Below are positions 13,855 through 25,029 of a DNA stretch of 64,000 bases, in pieces. Source of the stretch: Epiperipatus broadwayi (taxonomy: Eukaryota > Animalia > Onychophora). The notes under the pieces were generated by a model, which did not search any database, had not been told where the DNA came from, and saw only the letters and a program-made list of their open reading frames with translations. Location of the stretch: assembly GCA_028023455.1 (NCBI GenBank), contig JAQFVV010000005.1, positions 930,001-994,000 on the forward strand, in the 5' to 3' direction. Position 1 is the first letter of the stretch. Each line of letters starts with the position of its first letter. The position numbers and the translations under genes are program-made.

Positions 13855-14849
13855 ATATTCTATTTTTCTTTATGGATTATTTTTTTAAACATTTTATATT
13901 GCTTCTTTTCTTCAAAAATTCTTGTCTAAATAGAAAATTCACTGGTACACAGCTGTTTTTTTGTACCATCTACTTTTTTTTGTAGTTCCTGAGTATTAGT
14001 TAACTTTATCATTCTTAATGATTATAATGAAAGCTGAACCATCTTCAAAATCTGTTAATATTTTAAATGATTTGCAAATTCATGAAGGTTAGGAACACTA
14101 ACTGTTGTTATTAATACTATCTTTCTTAATAGATATTGTCTCTCTAATTTTGCAATTATACTTATAATCACTAATCAATAATCATTTCTTATGTGTATCT
14201 TCAAATACATATTGTCTGTTAATTATAATATAATCAAATTCTGCTAGATCTTCATTTGAATTCTTCTATATCCATTTTTTTTTCAATGAAAGACTTCATA
14301 TAGTTTTTTCCTGAAAATTCCACAAATCTTTGTCCTCTATCATTTCTGCCACCATATCCAAATTTATCCATAGCACTCTCATTTTTTGATCATTTATCAA
14401 TTCTAGCTTTAAGATCCCTATAACAATTTTAAAATGTTATCTGATCAAAAACATTTTATATATCCATATAAAAATCCTCTACTTCTTTAATACAATGAGA
14501 ACTTATTGGAAAATAATCTTGAATTATCTGCATTTAGAATCTTCCATTAATTTGAATAATAAACTACTCTTACCATTCTGTCTGATATCAATATTCACAT
14601 TGTTGTTCTTCCACATTTTATTTATAATAAATCTACTCCACTTGTGCTTCCAATATTTGCACCTTTGTAGTAAAGTAGTCTTACTTTTTAAATCAATTTG
14701 TCTCTTCACCTTATCTTCTAGTCTTACAAAATCCAGTAATGTTCTATTTAATGTTTTCAATTCTTTCAATCTTCTTTCATTTGAAAGTGATCTGCAGTTA
14801 TAGGAAGCTAAATAAAAGGCAACATAAAATGGCAACCTGGGTCAATAAT

Positions 14850-15572
14850 TGTTATATCTCACCTTGCCCTTAGAAGTGGACTAGCTCAGATCCTGTCCTT
14901 ATCTGATCGGATTGAGCACTCATTGCCATTAACCAATGTGTAAACATGTGGATAACCAAAGTGTAAACATATAGCCAATGTGTAAACATGTGGATAAATA
15001 TCAACCATTGATTAGTATGTACCAATGGGCAATGATGCTTTCTGAATCTGATTGCTGTCAATAAGGTTGGAGATCTGACAATAAATAGTTAGCCTTTTTG
15101 GAGACAAGGGGGAGAACATCTGTCTAACCTGAAACGATAGAATGCATTCTCAATTGAAACCACTGCTAATAGTGAACATTTCTATTACTCTCATTATGCT
15201 ATAAGTCTATGCAGTGAGGCAAGTCCACAATAGGATTGGAAGCTGCAAAGATTAGAACCTACTCAAGGTAAGCTGTCTAGTATTGTTGGAAGAGTCATTG
15301 AACAAACTTGAGGCAAGCCATCTATTACAGCCAGAAAAGTCATTGGACAAACTCACGAGACAAGCTATTATATTATATACAGCTGGAAGCGAGTCCAGTC
15401 ATTTGGGCACTACCCGCCCAGCATTAATGAAATTCAGATATGTGGAAATACATTTATTGATTGTACATTATGTAAATATATTTAATACTAATAAATCAGA
15501 TTAAGTGAACTTCAAGTTTTCGTAATTTTTATAACTATTGGTTGGAGTCTGCAATCCAGACCAAACACAACA
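14850..15572. mobile_element. Solo LTR (723 bp) inserted in the 5' region of RTE-A
   Basis: Begins TGTT and ends AACA; 5-bp TSD ATAAT at 14845-14849 and 15573-15577. Removing it restores ggcaacctgggtca-ataat-catggatttt, collinear with 36100-36135 of the other RTE-A copy. Internal short repeats (ccaatgtgtaaacatgtggataa) and aataaa near 15490. Confidence 0.85.
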
Positions 15573-16623
15573 ATAATCATGGATTTTTTTAGGACTCACT
15601 CCCACTTTTGCCACCAAGACAATACACAATTTAGTTTTGTTTGTCATGATTGCAAATATCTGTATAAAAACATTCTTCATATACATATTCATCCTGCCTT
15701 CAAAAAAATTCAAATGATAATAAAATCATGCAGCTGAGAAGGAAGACTGGTATTTCTTGATGTTAAATTCAGAAATGAATAACCAGTAAACTCATTTTTC
15801 TGGCTGATATATATATTAATAGCACATCCTTATTTACTTATTATATGGATAAACACATAATAACAACAGTTGCAATGACAATAATATCTGGAACAGACAT
15901 TAAGAATTTGCCCCATTCAGGTCCTAAGATCTCAAAAAGGAATCAAAGGATTTCCTTTCAGTCAATAGCAAATATCTTTCTGCAACCAATTAGAAAAATG
16001 TATTAAAATAAAATTAATCTTGCATAGGATTGTTATTCCATGACCTTATAAATTAGCCAATGCAACTAATTTAGAAGCAAATATTTTAGCAGAAGCAAGA
16101 AAATTGGTAAAATGTAGTTGGCAAACATTTTTGTTGTAAGTTTCAAATTCAAAGTAAGTCCGAAAAAGTATGAAACTGTTCTATCTACTCAAGATCCACC
16201 TATCAAAAGGCTCGACTAAACAGTAAATACTGAATAATATTGCTATCATATCTATATCCCTAATCTGGCTTATGGATTTTATTAATTGATACTGCAAAGC
16301 ACAAGAGAATGTGTATAAATATGGGTCTAAGAGACCTTTTTATTATTTATACATATTCGAAAAAGAGCCCTTTTTGAAATTTTGCATAAGGACCCAAAAA
16401 TTCTAGTTAAGTTGTTATACAGCTTCGTTAATTATGTACAAAATTCAAGCTTAGAATTAAGTCCCTATTTTATAATTTAAACATTTCACAACAAATAAGC
16501 ATTTTATATGCCATTAAGTTAACAGCTTCTGAAATTAAAAATATCTCAAAGATTTAAACCCAAAGTTACTTGCTTATGTAATTATAGAGAACTATACTAG
16601 GCCAGCAACCATGATGTTTTAAA

Positions 16624-16836
16624 TGAATTTATCCATTCTACTCTGAACACTTTTTAGCAAAAAAATCTTTTATTGTACATATATGAATATGTTTCGAGTG
16701 TCATACAGTCTTCTTCAAATCTATGATATAATGAACAAAATAAAATACATAACTATATAAATAATATCATAAAAATGTAAACAATAAGATTAATAAAATA
16801 ATAAAAGTGTTCAAAGTAGAGTGGATAAATTGCATT
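16624..16836. repeat. MITE-like element with ~32-bp terminal inverted repeats
   Basis: atgaatttatccattctactctgaacactttt (~16624-16655) is the inverse of aaaagtgttcaaagtagagtggataaattgcat (~16803-16835). Confidence 0.7.
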
Positions 16837-17337
16837 TATATAAGTTATTACAGCAAAATCAAGGAAGTGGTGAATTGTTTTACTTGTGAATTGTCAGAAT
16901 AAATCTTTAGCATATAATAACAACATTTCATTCTTCTTACACTTTAAAGCAAAATATATTTATTTATTCTTTACAGTTTCGACTGTTCCTGGCAGTCGTC
17001 AGATCTACAGAATTTAGACATTATATCAATACAACCACATTTCATACATATGTCTATTATAATCTTACAATTTTATCAACTTAATTATTAAGAATATAAA
17101 AAAGATAGAAGAGTTATATAAAAAAGAGGGAAAGGAGGAAAATAAAAAGAAAAGAAGGAATACATAGGAATAAAAGTTATGATAGTAGTATAGTAAGGGG
17201 AATTAATAATATTATTAGAAAAATTATTAAAGAATTTTAAAATGATATTAAATATAAGGTAGTGAATAAAATGAAGAAAAATGTAATGGATATTTTAGAT
17301 AATAGGGTATATAAGTGGAGAAAAGAAATATATAAAT

Positions 17338-17632
17338 GGGGTTTATGAGATAGAATGTAAAAAAATGTAAGGATAAAGGGATTACAAATAAATATGTAGG
17401 TGAGATGAAAAATTCAATATATACTACATTAAAACAACATAAATATGATAGAGAATCAGCGGTATATATGCATTTTATGGAGACAGGTCATAAACTAGAA
17501 AAAGAGAATATTAGAATGATAAGTTGTGCAAGTAGTAGAAGAGATAGAAAAATAAGGGAGACAATTTTAATAAAGAAGATAAAACCAAATATTAATAATA
17601 GAGAAGGGGGTTTAAAAACAATTTTAGTATAA
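17338..17632 (+). pseudogene. Penelope-type GIY-YIG endonuclease domain (frameshifted)
   Basis: GVYEIECKK/(+1 frameshift in A7 run at 17359-17365)CKDKGITNKYVGEM..TTLKQH...SAVYMHFMETGH.L...I.MI.....R.RKIRETILIK..KPNINNREG. This matches the PLE GIY-YIG pattern (GVY..C.C..YVGET..R..EH..SA..H..GH..R..E..I..P..N). Confidence 0.9.
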
Positions 17633-18243
17633 AAAATAAATATTAAAAAATGGTAAAAAATAAGTGAAAAATAATAAAAAAAATAAAATAAATAAGTAGT
17701 TTGTACAATAGATAAAAGAGGGAATGGTATATAAATATAAAAAAAGGAAAAGGAAGTACAAAGTATGATGGGATAGAGAAAAAAGTGGAGGAAAGAGAGA
17801 AAAAGTAGAGAATAAGGTAAATAAAAACTAAAAATACATATAAAAATAATTTATAAAATTTAAGTAAATGAAAGAAGCAGGAATAAAATATGGATAAAAA
17901 AGAAATTAAGGAATGGAATAAGATAATAAAAAAACTAAGATAATATGTAGAAATAAGTGAAATGAAAAATAAGGTTAAATATATGAATATAGTAATATAA
18001 GAAAGTTTTTATAAATATTACATTGAATTTCTAAAATTGTGGCAAAAGTAAAAGGTAAATAAATATAAATATAATTAAGAATAAAAAATAAATAAGAAAA
18101 ATAAAGGATAAAATAGAATTAAAAAGTTATAGAATAGTAAGTTTAATTAATAAAGTGACATTAATAATTAAGTTGATAAAATTTTAAGATTATAATAGAT
18201 ATATGTATGAAATATGGTTGTATTGATATAATGTTTAAATTTT

Positions 18244-18290
18244 GTAGATCTGACGACAACTGCTAGGAACAGTCGAAACTGTAAAGAACA
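18244..18290 (+). ncRNA. Hammerhead-like motif in PLE pseudo-LTR
   Basis: CTGACGA (18250-18256), caACTG ctaggaa CAGTc, GAAA (18275-18278), CTG TA. Stem III is minimal and the proximal stem I is weak. Confidence 0.55.
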
Positions 18291-19179
18291 AATAAATATA
18301 TTTTGCTTTAAAGAGTAAGAAGAGTGAAATGTTGCTATTACACGTTATATAAAAAAGCAAAAATAAAGAAGGATAGAGGAAGAGAAAATATTGAAGAAAT
18401 CTTAGCATAGAAAAGATTGAAGATTTAGCACGTCAAGACTTAAATTCAAGAAAATATTCTAACTTAAATCATGTAAAATACAAAGCAACAAATTTATAAG
18501 AAGTTTGTCCAAAAAACAATAAAAATTCTTCCAAATAGATAAAAAGAAAATCAAAGTCTGCAGATAGATACGAGTTCAGAATAATTGAATTCAGAATAAC
18601 TATTTTCATTCAGATCAGTTCTTTCAAACCTAACTATTTCTACAGTGAAGACTAGTCTCAATTCATTCCTGCATCTCCATCAGCAACAATAGATCTTGCA
18701 AAAACCACAATTAAATTTAGCTTCACCCTAGAATTTCTAAATACAACAAAGTGTATGTCAATTACTGAATACAGTACTAAGCCTATAAAAAAAAAAAAGA
18801 CATTAAAAAAAAAAAAATCAAAAAATTAAAACAAGGACCTCTTCACCCAAAAGTTGCGGAACATGCAATTTCATTCAAAAATCAACTGCAATTACTTAAA
18901 AATAAATATATTGCAGCCAGCAACATTTAGTGCAGTAATAAACTTAAGAACTGAAGATTCCTAGTGATTGTCAGTTGAAAGACTGAATGAAACTTTTGAG
19001 CTTAACCTCCCATTTTAGATCTCAAACATCACTTAAATTCTCTTGAGCAACTAACTATATATCATTTCGAGTGTCATCTGATTTCTATTTTCCTAAAACA
19101 GTCAGTGCTATGATTGCTGCATTTAATAGTAATAGTAAAGAACAGCCACTCACAAGTGAATATGGCCAATTCTATCCTC

Positions 19180-22100
19180 CTTCCCCCAAGGCAAAAAACT
19201 ACTCTAAAAATGTTTGTGATAACTATACAAACCAATGTGTAAACCAAAAATACATTGGCATACAGAACATGCTGGTCATTTTTTCTGTTTACTACGTTGT
19301 CTTTTAGAAAAAAAACTTTTCTTTCTGAAATACTTCATGTCTAATGTAGCTCAACAGTATATTTTATTCTCTGCCATGTCTTACCAATGGAAACATTAGT
19401 GCACTTCTTTTAAAATATCTTTGAAATAATCCTTATAACGTAGATGGCCTCCATGAAAAAAACATGGTAAGTTCATCATAAAATATTCTTTTAGGAAGTC
19501 TATTCATTTGTTATATATGTCTAATCCAACAAGGGTGTGATTTTACAATAGTGGAATATACAGTATCACATTCAGAAAATTAAAAAAACATTGATTGGTT
19601 TTATGATCTTGCCATTGTATTTTTAAAATTGTACAGTGCATCCTTAAATGAAACTTTTCTAATATCTTTACATTGTGCTGATAGGATGCCAAGTTTTACA
19701 TTCTTACAATAAAGTAAAATAACAGCTTTATATTATCATCATCATCATTTTCAACCATTATTGATCCACTGCAGGATGAAGATCTTTCCAAATTCAGTCC
19801 ATCTTCTCTGATATCTAGCTTCTTTTCTCCACATTATCCCAACACATTTCATTCATCCATCTCACATGAGGTCTCTTTCTAGGTCTTTTACACTTTATTA
19901 ATATTCAGCATCATTTTCAACTATTATTGATCCACTGCAGGATGGTCTCTCCAAGTTGTCCATCTTCTCTGATCTCTAACCTCTCTTCTCTACATTACCC
20001 CAGCACACTTCCTTATTTCATTCACTATCTCATATGTGGTCTCTTCTATGTCTTTTAAATCTCTTGGAATCCAATTTACGATTTTTCTTCTAGAAATATG
20101 TTCAGCCTAACATGACTTCAGTCGTTTAATTCTTTCAATGATGTCAGTAGCACGTTGTTCTTTTACCCTTGTATTTTGTTTTCAAATTTTTTTGTATATT
20201 TCTTTGAGTTGTTTGAAATTTCTGCATTGTTTTTATGTTAAGTGTCCATGTCTCAGATGCATAAGTAAGAACTGGTAAAACACATTTATTAAAAACCTTC
20301 CTTTTCAAACACAGACATATTTCTTTTTAATATTAAATTATTTCTACTAAAAACACTCCAACCAAGTCTAATTCTATGATTAATTTCATCCATTATGTTT
20401 CCATCTGTAGTAATAATCTGACCAAGATATTTATAGTTGTTAATTTCTTGTAACTCATCATTATCAATCTTTTCTTTTTACTAGTTATTTTAGTTGCAGT
20501 AATTATTTCCATATGATCAAATACTCTGTCCTTTAACTTGTTAAAAGTAGCACAGCCCCTTAAAGCCTTAATATCTAAGTCCCCCATTCTATTTATAAAA
20601 CTACCAAAGTACTTTAACAAGTTTGCATTTTCAAGCTGATAATCATTCAAACTAAAATTTGTTGAGAATTTTTATTCTGTTAATGGCTGGTAGAGACTTT
20701 GAGTTTTATGAATATTAATTAATAAACCAGTCTTTATGTGTTACATTCAAGACATTAAGAACATTCTGTAAATCATCTTTTGAACAAAAATAGAACAATC
20801 ATCAGTATATTATAAATCCAGAATCCAAAAAGATGTTGGAGCAAGTACATAATCTTGTTTGACAGTAGTTTTATTTCAAATGCCTAAGATTTTCCATCCA
20901 TAATAATACCATTTCCTCTCATTCTATCATGTAGAAGTTGTATAATAGGAATAAATTTTGGTACAAACAATACCATGGATCTAACCTACTGACTGAATCA
21001 AATGCCTTGACCAAATCAATATATAAATCACTCTTTCGTTTACAAGACGTTTTTGTATTTACATGACAACAAAAGTCATGCTTATAGTGCTTCTTGATTC
21101 TCTAAAATTACATTATGTCTCCAGTAACCATTTATCTATGATTTGAAGCAATCTTGTTAACAAAATTCTTGAAGGTACATTTGCAGTAGTAGATGATAAT
21201 GATATTCAATGATCATTACTTTAAATTTCTCTATTTCCTTTGTTTTTAAAAATTAGAACTATAAAAGTATCTTTAAGATTGGATAGCACAACATCATGGG
21301 TCCATATATTCCTAAAAAATTCCAATATTTTTGGAGCTAACATATATTTTAAAACTTCTCCAGGTAATTTATCAGGACTTGTAGTCTACTTTTTACACTG
21401 TTTTGATTTCACTAAGCTGGATATGTTTATTTAAATTAAAGGAATAAATAAAATAGATATAAAATTAAAAGTTGCGTCAATTCTTGAATCATTATTCAAA
21501 ATATGATAAAAATATTCCTTCAACCTGTTAAAAATATCATTATCATCATATAAGAGAGTTGTTCCTTGCTGAATTTAACAGGACTGATACTATTTTTCAG
21601 GTCCTTATATTGCTTTCAATGCATCAAAAAAAGATCTAAAATGACTACAATCAATGAATATCCGAATCTTCTTTACAGTTTTAATCCACCAATCATTTTT
21701 AAATCCTATGGTCAATCATTGAATTTTTGCCATTAGATCTCTAAATTTATTATAAAGTTTGACAATTAATCTATTATTCTGTCATGCAAAAATTGCCATA
21801 TTTCCTTTTAATCAAATCACTAGCTAAAAAAAATAATTATTAGAAAGTCCATCATGATTCTTCTCTTTACTAAACATAAGAATAGATTTCCTTGTATCCA
21901 CAGTACACAGTTTAAAAGAATTCCGTACTTCAGTAATATGACAATCCTGAAAATCCAAATTAGAAGTATTAATGTATAATAGCTGTTGAAATTTAATGTA
22001 TGAAAATTCTTTTAGAGAATAAACAAAAATTTTCTACAAATATGATTGAAATATCTGTTTTTTAATGCATCTATCATTTTAATGTTGGAGTATACAAAAT

Positions 22101-22300
22101 CCATTATCTAAAAATCTATGCTTGTAAATGAGCTTGCATTCAAATTCTTAACTATAATCTATTAAATGCTATTGTTTTGAATGTGGATGCTTTCATATTT
22201 CTTTCTGGTGTTTATCTGTCATTAAAGCTAGCCTATAGTACTTAGATTTCTTATCTAGTTGCCCATCTAAGTATGGAACCTAACATTGCTTGATCGAATG
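19180..22300 (-). mobile_element. RTE family B copy, split by an RTE-A insertion at 19735-20475
   Basis: Minus strand: SPDKLPGEVF (~21355-21385), ISLSSTTAKV (~21180-21210), LYIDLVKAFDSVSR (~20990-21030), VKQDYVLAPT (~20835-20865), KYFGSFI..F.KL..RVF (ORF 20393-20650), CSVCQCIFG.HIGLYSYHK (~19215-19270). The reading ..ATKI | YKAVIL.. resumes across the insertion. Confidence 0.85.
19735..20475 (-). mobile_element. 5'-truncated RTE family A insertion with two tandem 3' ends
   Basis: (ATC)n tails plus atccactgcaggat at ~19738 and ~19910; body aligns with 33308-33920. Confidence 0.85.
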
Positions 22301-23391
22301 AGAACCGATGTGTTCAACATATGCTCATATATAAATAATATAAAAAAAAACTCTGTCAGATAGTGAAAATTATTCTACACGAATAAAGTGTGATAAACAA
22401 GCACAAAAACATTAATTCTCTCTCTCAAATACATATATTTAAATGCTACAAATTTAAAAAGAATTGTTTTTTAAAATAATTTTTCAAATTATGATGTACT
22501 GAAGCAAAAGACTAATTACAAACAGGCATTGCAAACTGGAATCATGTAATCTAGTAATTGTATTTGTCTGAAATACTTGAAGTTAAAAATGAATTCATCT
22601 TTAACTTAATATCCAAGTTCTTATTCGAATTGTAAATTAGTCAATAATATACATGTGTGCCCTCCCATAAGAAGCTATAGATTTTAAATAAATAAATTTT
22701 TAATATAGCCTTGCTAAAACAAATGTTTCTCCAAGGCATTGTGACTGAGTCATGATACTAATAGAAAGCGACAGAAAAATCAAGAGAAAAGACATGTGCT
22801 AACTCTTGCAGAATTCCTGCTCTGAGACACCATCAGGCTAAGTTATGCTACCATGATCTAGAATTTATTAACATTTTTGTAAGCATTCTGGCTAATCATA
22901 CTAGAAATATATAATCCTTATAAGTTGAGTGTTACTTATAACAACCAACATTTTGCAAGTTCTGTATTTAATTAACATCTTAATTAAATATTTGATTATA
23001 TTGTCATATTCTTTTACTTTAGTTCCAGCTCATCTGAATTTCTTATAATAAATCACTATAACATTTTTTAATTATATATTTAAAAGACTGTAGCCAATGA
23101 TCAGTACATAGCCCAGCATTCCATGGATTAGTTAAAATTTACATAGAAAATTTTCATTCATAGTTGAGGATTTTTAAGATATTTTGGTAAGTTAGTCAAT
23201 CCATAACTAACGATAATAATATTAATAATTTTTGAAGCTATTTTAAGGTGGAACTGGTTAAGTATTTATTTGGTATTACTATTAATGGAAATAAACAAAG
23301 GCAAAACTCTCCACACAGTAGTGCCACCCTGTGCCAAACAGAGTAATCTATGGATGCCAGAAGGCTTGTGCATAAAATCCCTATCTAGTGC

Positions 23392-23460
23392 CTACTCATC
23401 CAATATCCCCAGACTAGTTTCTGGCTTGTGGCCATCATCAGTGAGGAGCCTTGGATCTGA
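23392..23460 (-). ncRNA. Type I hammerhead ribozyme (intact)
   Basis: Minus strand: atccaa ggc TCCTCA CTGATGA TGGC cacaa GCCA GAAA CTAG TC TGGGGA ta ttggat. Confidence 0.9.
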
Positions 23461-23850
23461 GAGCACTGCACCTAGATCTTAGGATCTAATGCAACCCTCC
23501 AGCAGCCACCTTTTAACTATACTTTACTACAAAACTAGGAGAATGAAATTGAAAACATTGTTAATATGTTCAATCTAAGTTCAATAGCTTATATAGTCAT
23601 ATAGGTCTGAACTCAATTCAGCACCCATACATTTTGGTGTCTTTGGCTCTTAAACAACCATAGCCACCACTATCCTATTAGGCAGGATTGGTGTTAAACC
23701 ACTAAACATCACATGATCACCATCTCTATACTAGCACATAATTGTTGTAAACAAAGGCAAAACTCTCCATACAGTAGTGCCACCCTGTGCCAAACAGAGT
23801 AATCAATGGATGCCAGAAGGCTTGTGCATAAAATCCCTATCTAGTGCCTA

Positions 23851-23920
23851 CTCATCCAATATCCCCAGACTAGTTTCTGGCTTGTGGCCATCATCAGTGA
23901 GGAGCCTTGGATCTGAGAGC
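23851..23920 (-). ncRNA. Type I hammerhead ribozyme (intact)
   Basis: Same core as 23392-23460, in the second monomer. Confidence 0.9.
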
Positions 23921-24814
23921 ACTGCACCTAGATCTTAAGATCTAATGCAACCCTCTAACAGCCACCTTTTAACTCTACTACAAAACTAGGAGAATGAAAT
24001 TGAAAACATTAATATCTTCAATCTAAGCTCAATAGCTTATATAGTCATATAGGTCTGAACTCAATTCAGCACCCATACATTTTGGTGTCTTTGGCTCTTA
24101 AACAACCATAGCCATCACTATCCTATTAGGCAGGATTGGTGTTAAACCACTAAACATCACATGATCACCATCTCTATACTAGCATATAATTGTTGTAAAC
24201 AAAGGCAAAACTCTTCATACAGTAGTGCCACCCTGTGCCAAACAGAGTAATCAATGGATGCCAGAAGGCTTGTGCATAAAATCCATATCTAGTGCCTACT
24301 CATCCAATATCCCCAGAGTAGTTTGTGGCCCATCATCAGTGAGGAGCCTTGGAGCTGAGAGCACTGCACCTAGATCTTAGGACCTAATGCAACCCTTCAG
24401 CAGCCACCTTTTAACTCTACTTTACTATAAAACTATGAGAATGAAATTGAAAACATTGTTAACATCTTCAATCTAAGCTCAATAGCTTATGTAGTCATAT
24501 GGGTCTGAAATTCAGCACTCATACATTTTAGTGTCTTTGGCTCTTAAACAAACATAGCCACCACTATCCTATTAGGCAGATTGGTGTTAAACCTCTAAAC
24601 ATCACATGATCACGATCTCTATACTAGCACATAATTGTTGTAAACAAAGGCAAAACTCTCCATACAACCCATATGACTATACAAGCTATTGAGCTTAGAT
24701 TGAAGATTTTTAACAATGTTTTCAATTTCACTCTCATAGTTTTGTAGTAAAGTAGAGTTAAAAGGTGGCTGCTGGAGTGTTGCATTAGATCCTAAGATCT
24801 AGGTGCAGTGCTCT

Positions 24815-24880
24815 CAGATACAAGGCTCCTCACTGATGATGGCCACAAGCCAGAAACTAGTCTGGGGATATTGGATGAGT
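24815..24880 (+). ncRNA. Type I hammerhead ribozyme (intact core)
   Basis: Stem I TCCTCA (24827-24832) / TGGGGA (24863-24868); CTGATGA 24833-24839; stem II TGGC/GCCA with CACAA loop; GAAA 24853-24856; palindromic CTAG; GUC triplet with predicted cleavage after 24862. Confidence 0.9.
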
Positions 24881-25029
24881 AGGCACTAGATAGGGATTTT
24901 ATGCACAAGCCTTCTGGCATCCATTGATTACTCTGTTTGGCACAGGGTGGCACTACTGTATGGAGAGTTTTGCCTTTGTTTACAATTATGTGCTAGTATA
25001 GAGATGGTGATCATGTGATGTTTAGTGGT

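Larger units (their letters stand above)
11650..15985 (-). mobile_element. RTE-clade LINE (family A), decayed full-length copy carrying two retrozyme insertions and a solo LTR
   Basis: 3' end aaaggtctctccaag at ~11693; APE start YLASYNCRSLSNE..L (ORF 14524-14835); 5' region 15578-15985 aligns with 36110-36545. Confidence 0.85.
16868..18355 (+). mobile_element. 5'-truncated Penelope-like element with an inverted pseudo-LTR at its 5' end
   Basis: GIY-YIG remnant at 17338-17632; ~185-bp inverted repeats at 16909-17091 and 18161-18347 carrying a hammerhead-like core; strongly A/G-rich plus strand; possible decayed TSD agcaaaatcaaggaag (16852-16867) / agcaaaaataaagaag (18356-18371), 13/16. Confidence 0.85.
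23291..25028. mobile_element. Retrozyme-like array: three tandem antisense monomers (456, 448, 445 bp) followed by an inverted sense arm
   Basis: Unit starts aaacaaaggcaaaactc at 23293, 23749, 24197 and 24642; strand switch at ~24669. 11-bp TSD tattaatggaa (23280-23290) / tattaacggaa (25029-25039). Confidence 0.95.

Noticed and set aside
13499-13948. ~75-bp direct repeat (13499-13572 / 13873-13948) as a giant TSD
   Set aside because: The copies are clearly diverged, whereas the true 13-bp TSD is perfect; it is most likely an older tandem duplication within the RTE.
19071-19307. 78-aa ORF (and similar 8287-8478)
   Set aside because: Antisense to the RTE family B C-terminal zinc finger and 3' UTR.
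23270-23482. ORFs 23270-23482, 50167-50415 and 50327-50524 as a repeated small protein
   Set aside because: They are chance open frames through the retrozyme repeat; other copies carry indels and stops, and the conserved signal is RNA structure.
23291-24660. CRISPR array or plain satellite
   Set aside because: Units are ~450 bp with no unique spacers in a eukaryotic context. Dispersed TSD-bounded copies and a hammerhead argue against a passive satellite.
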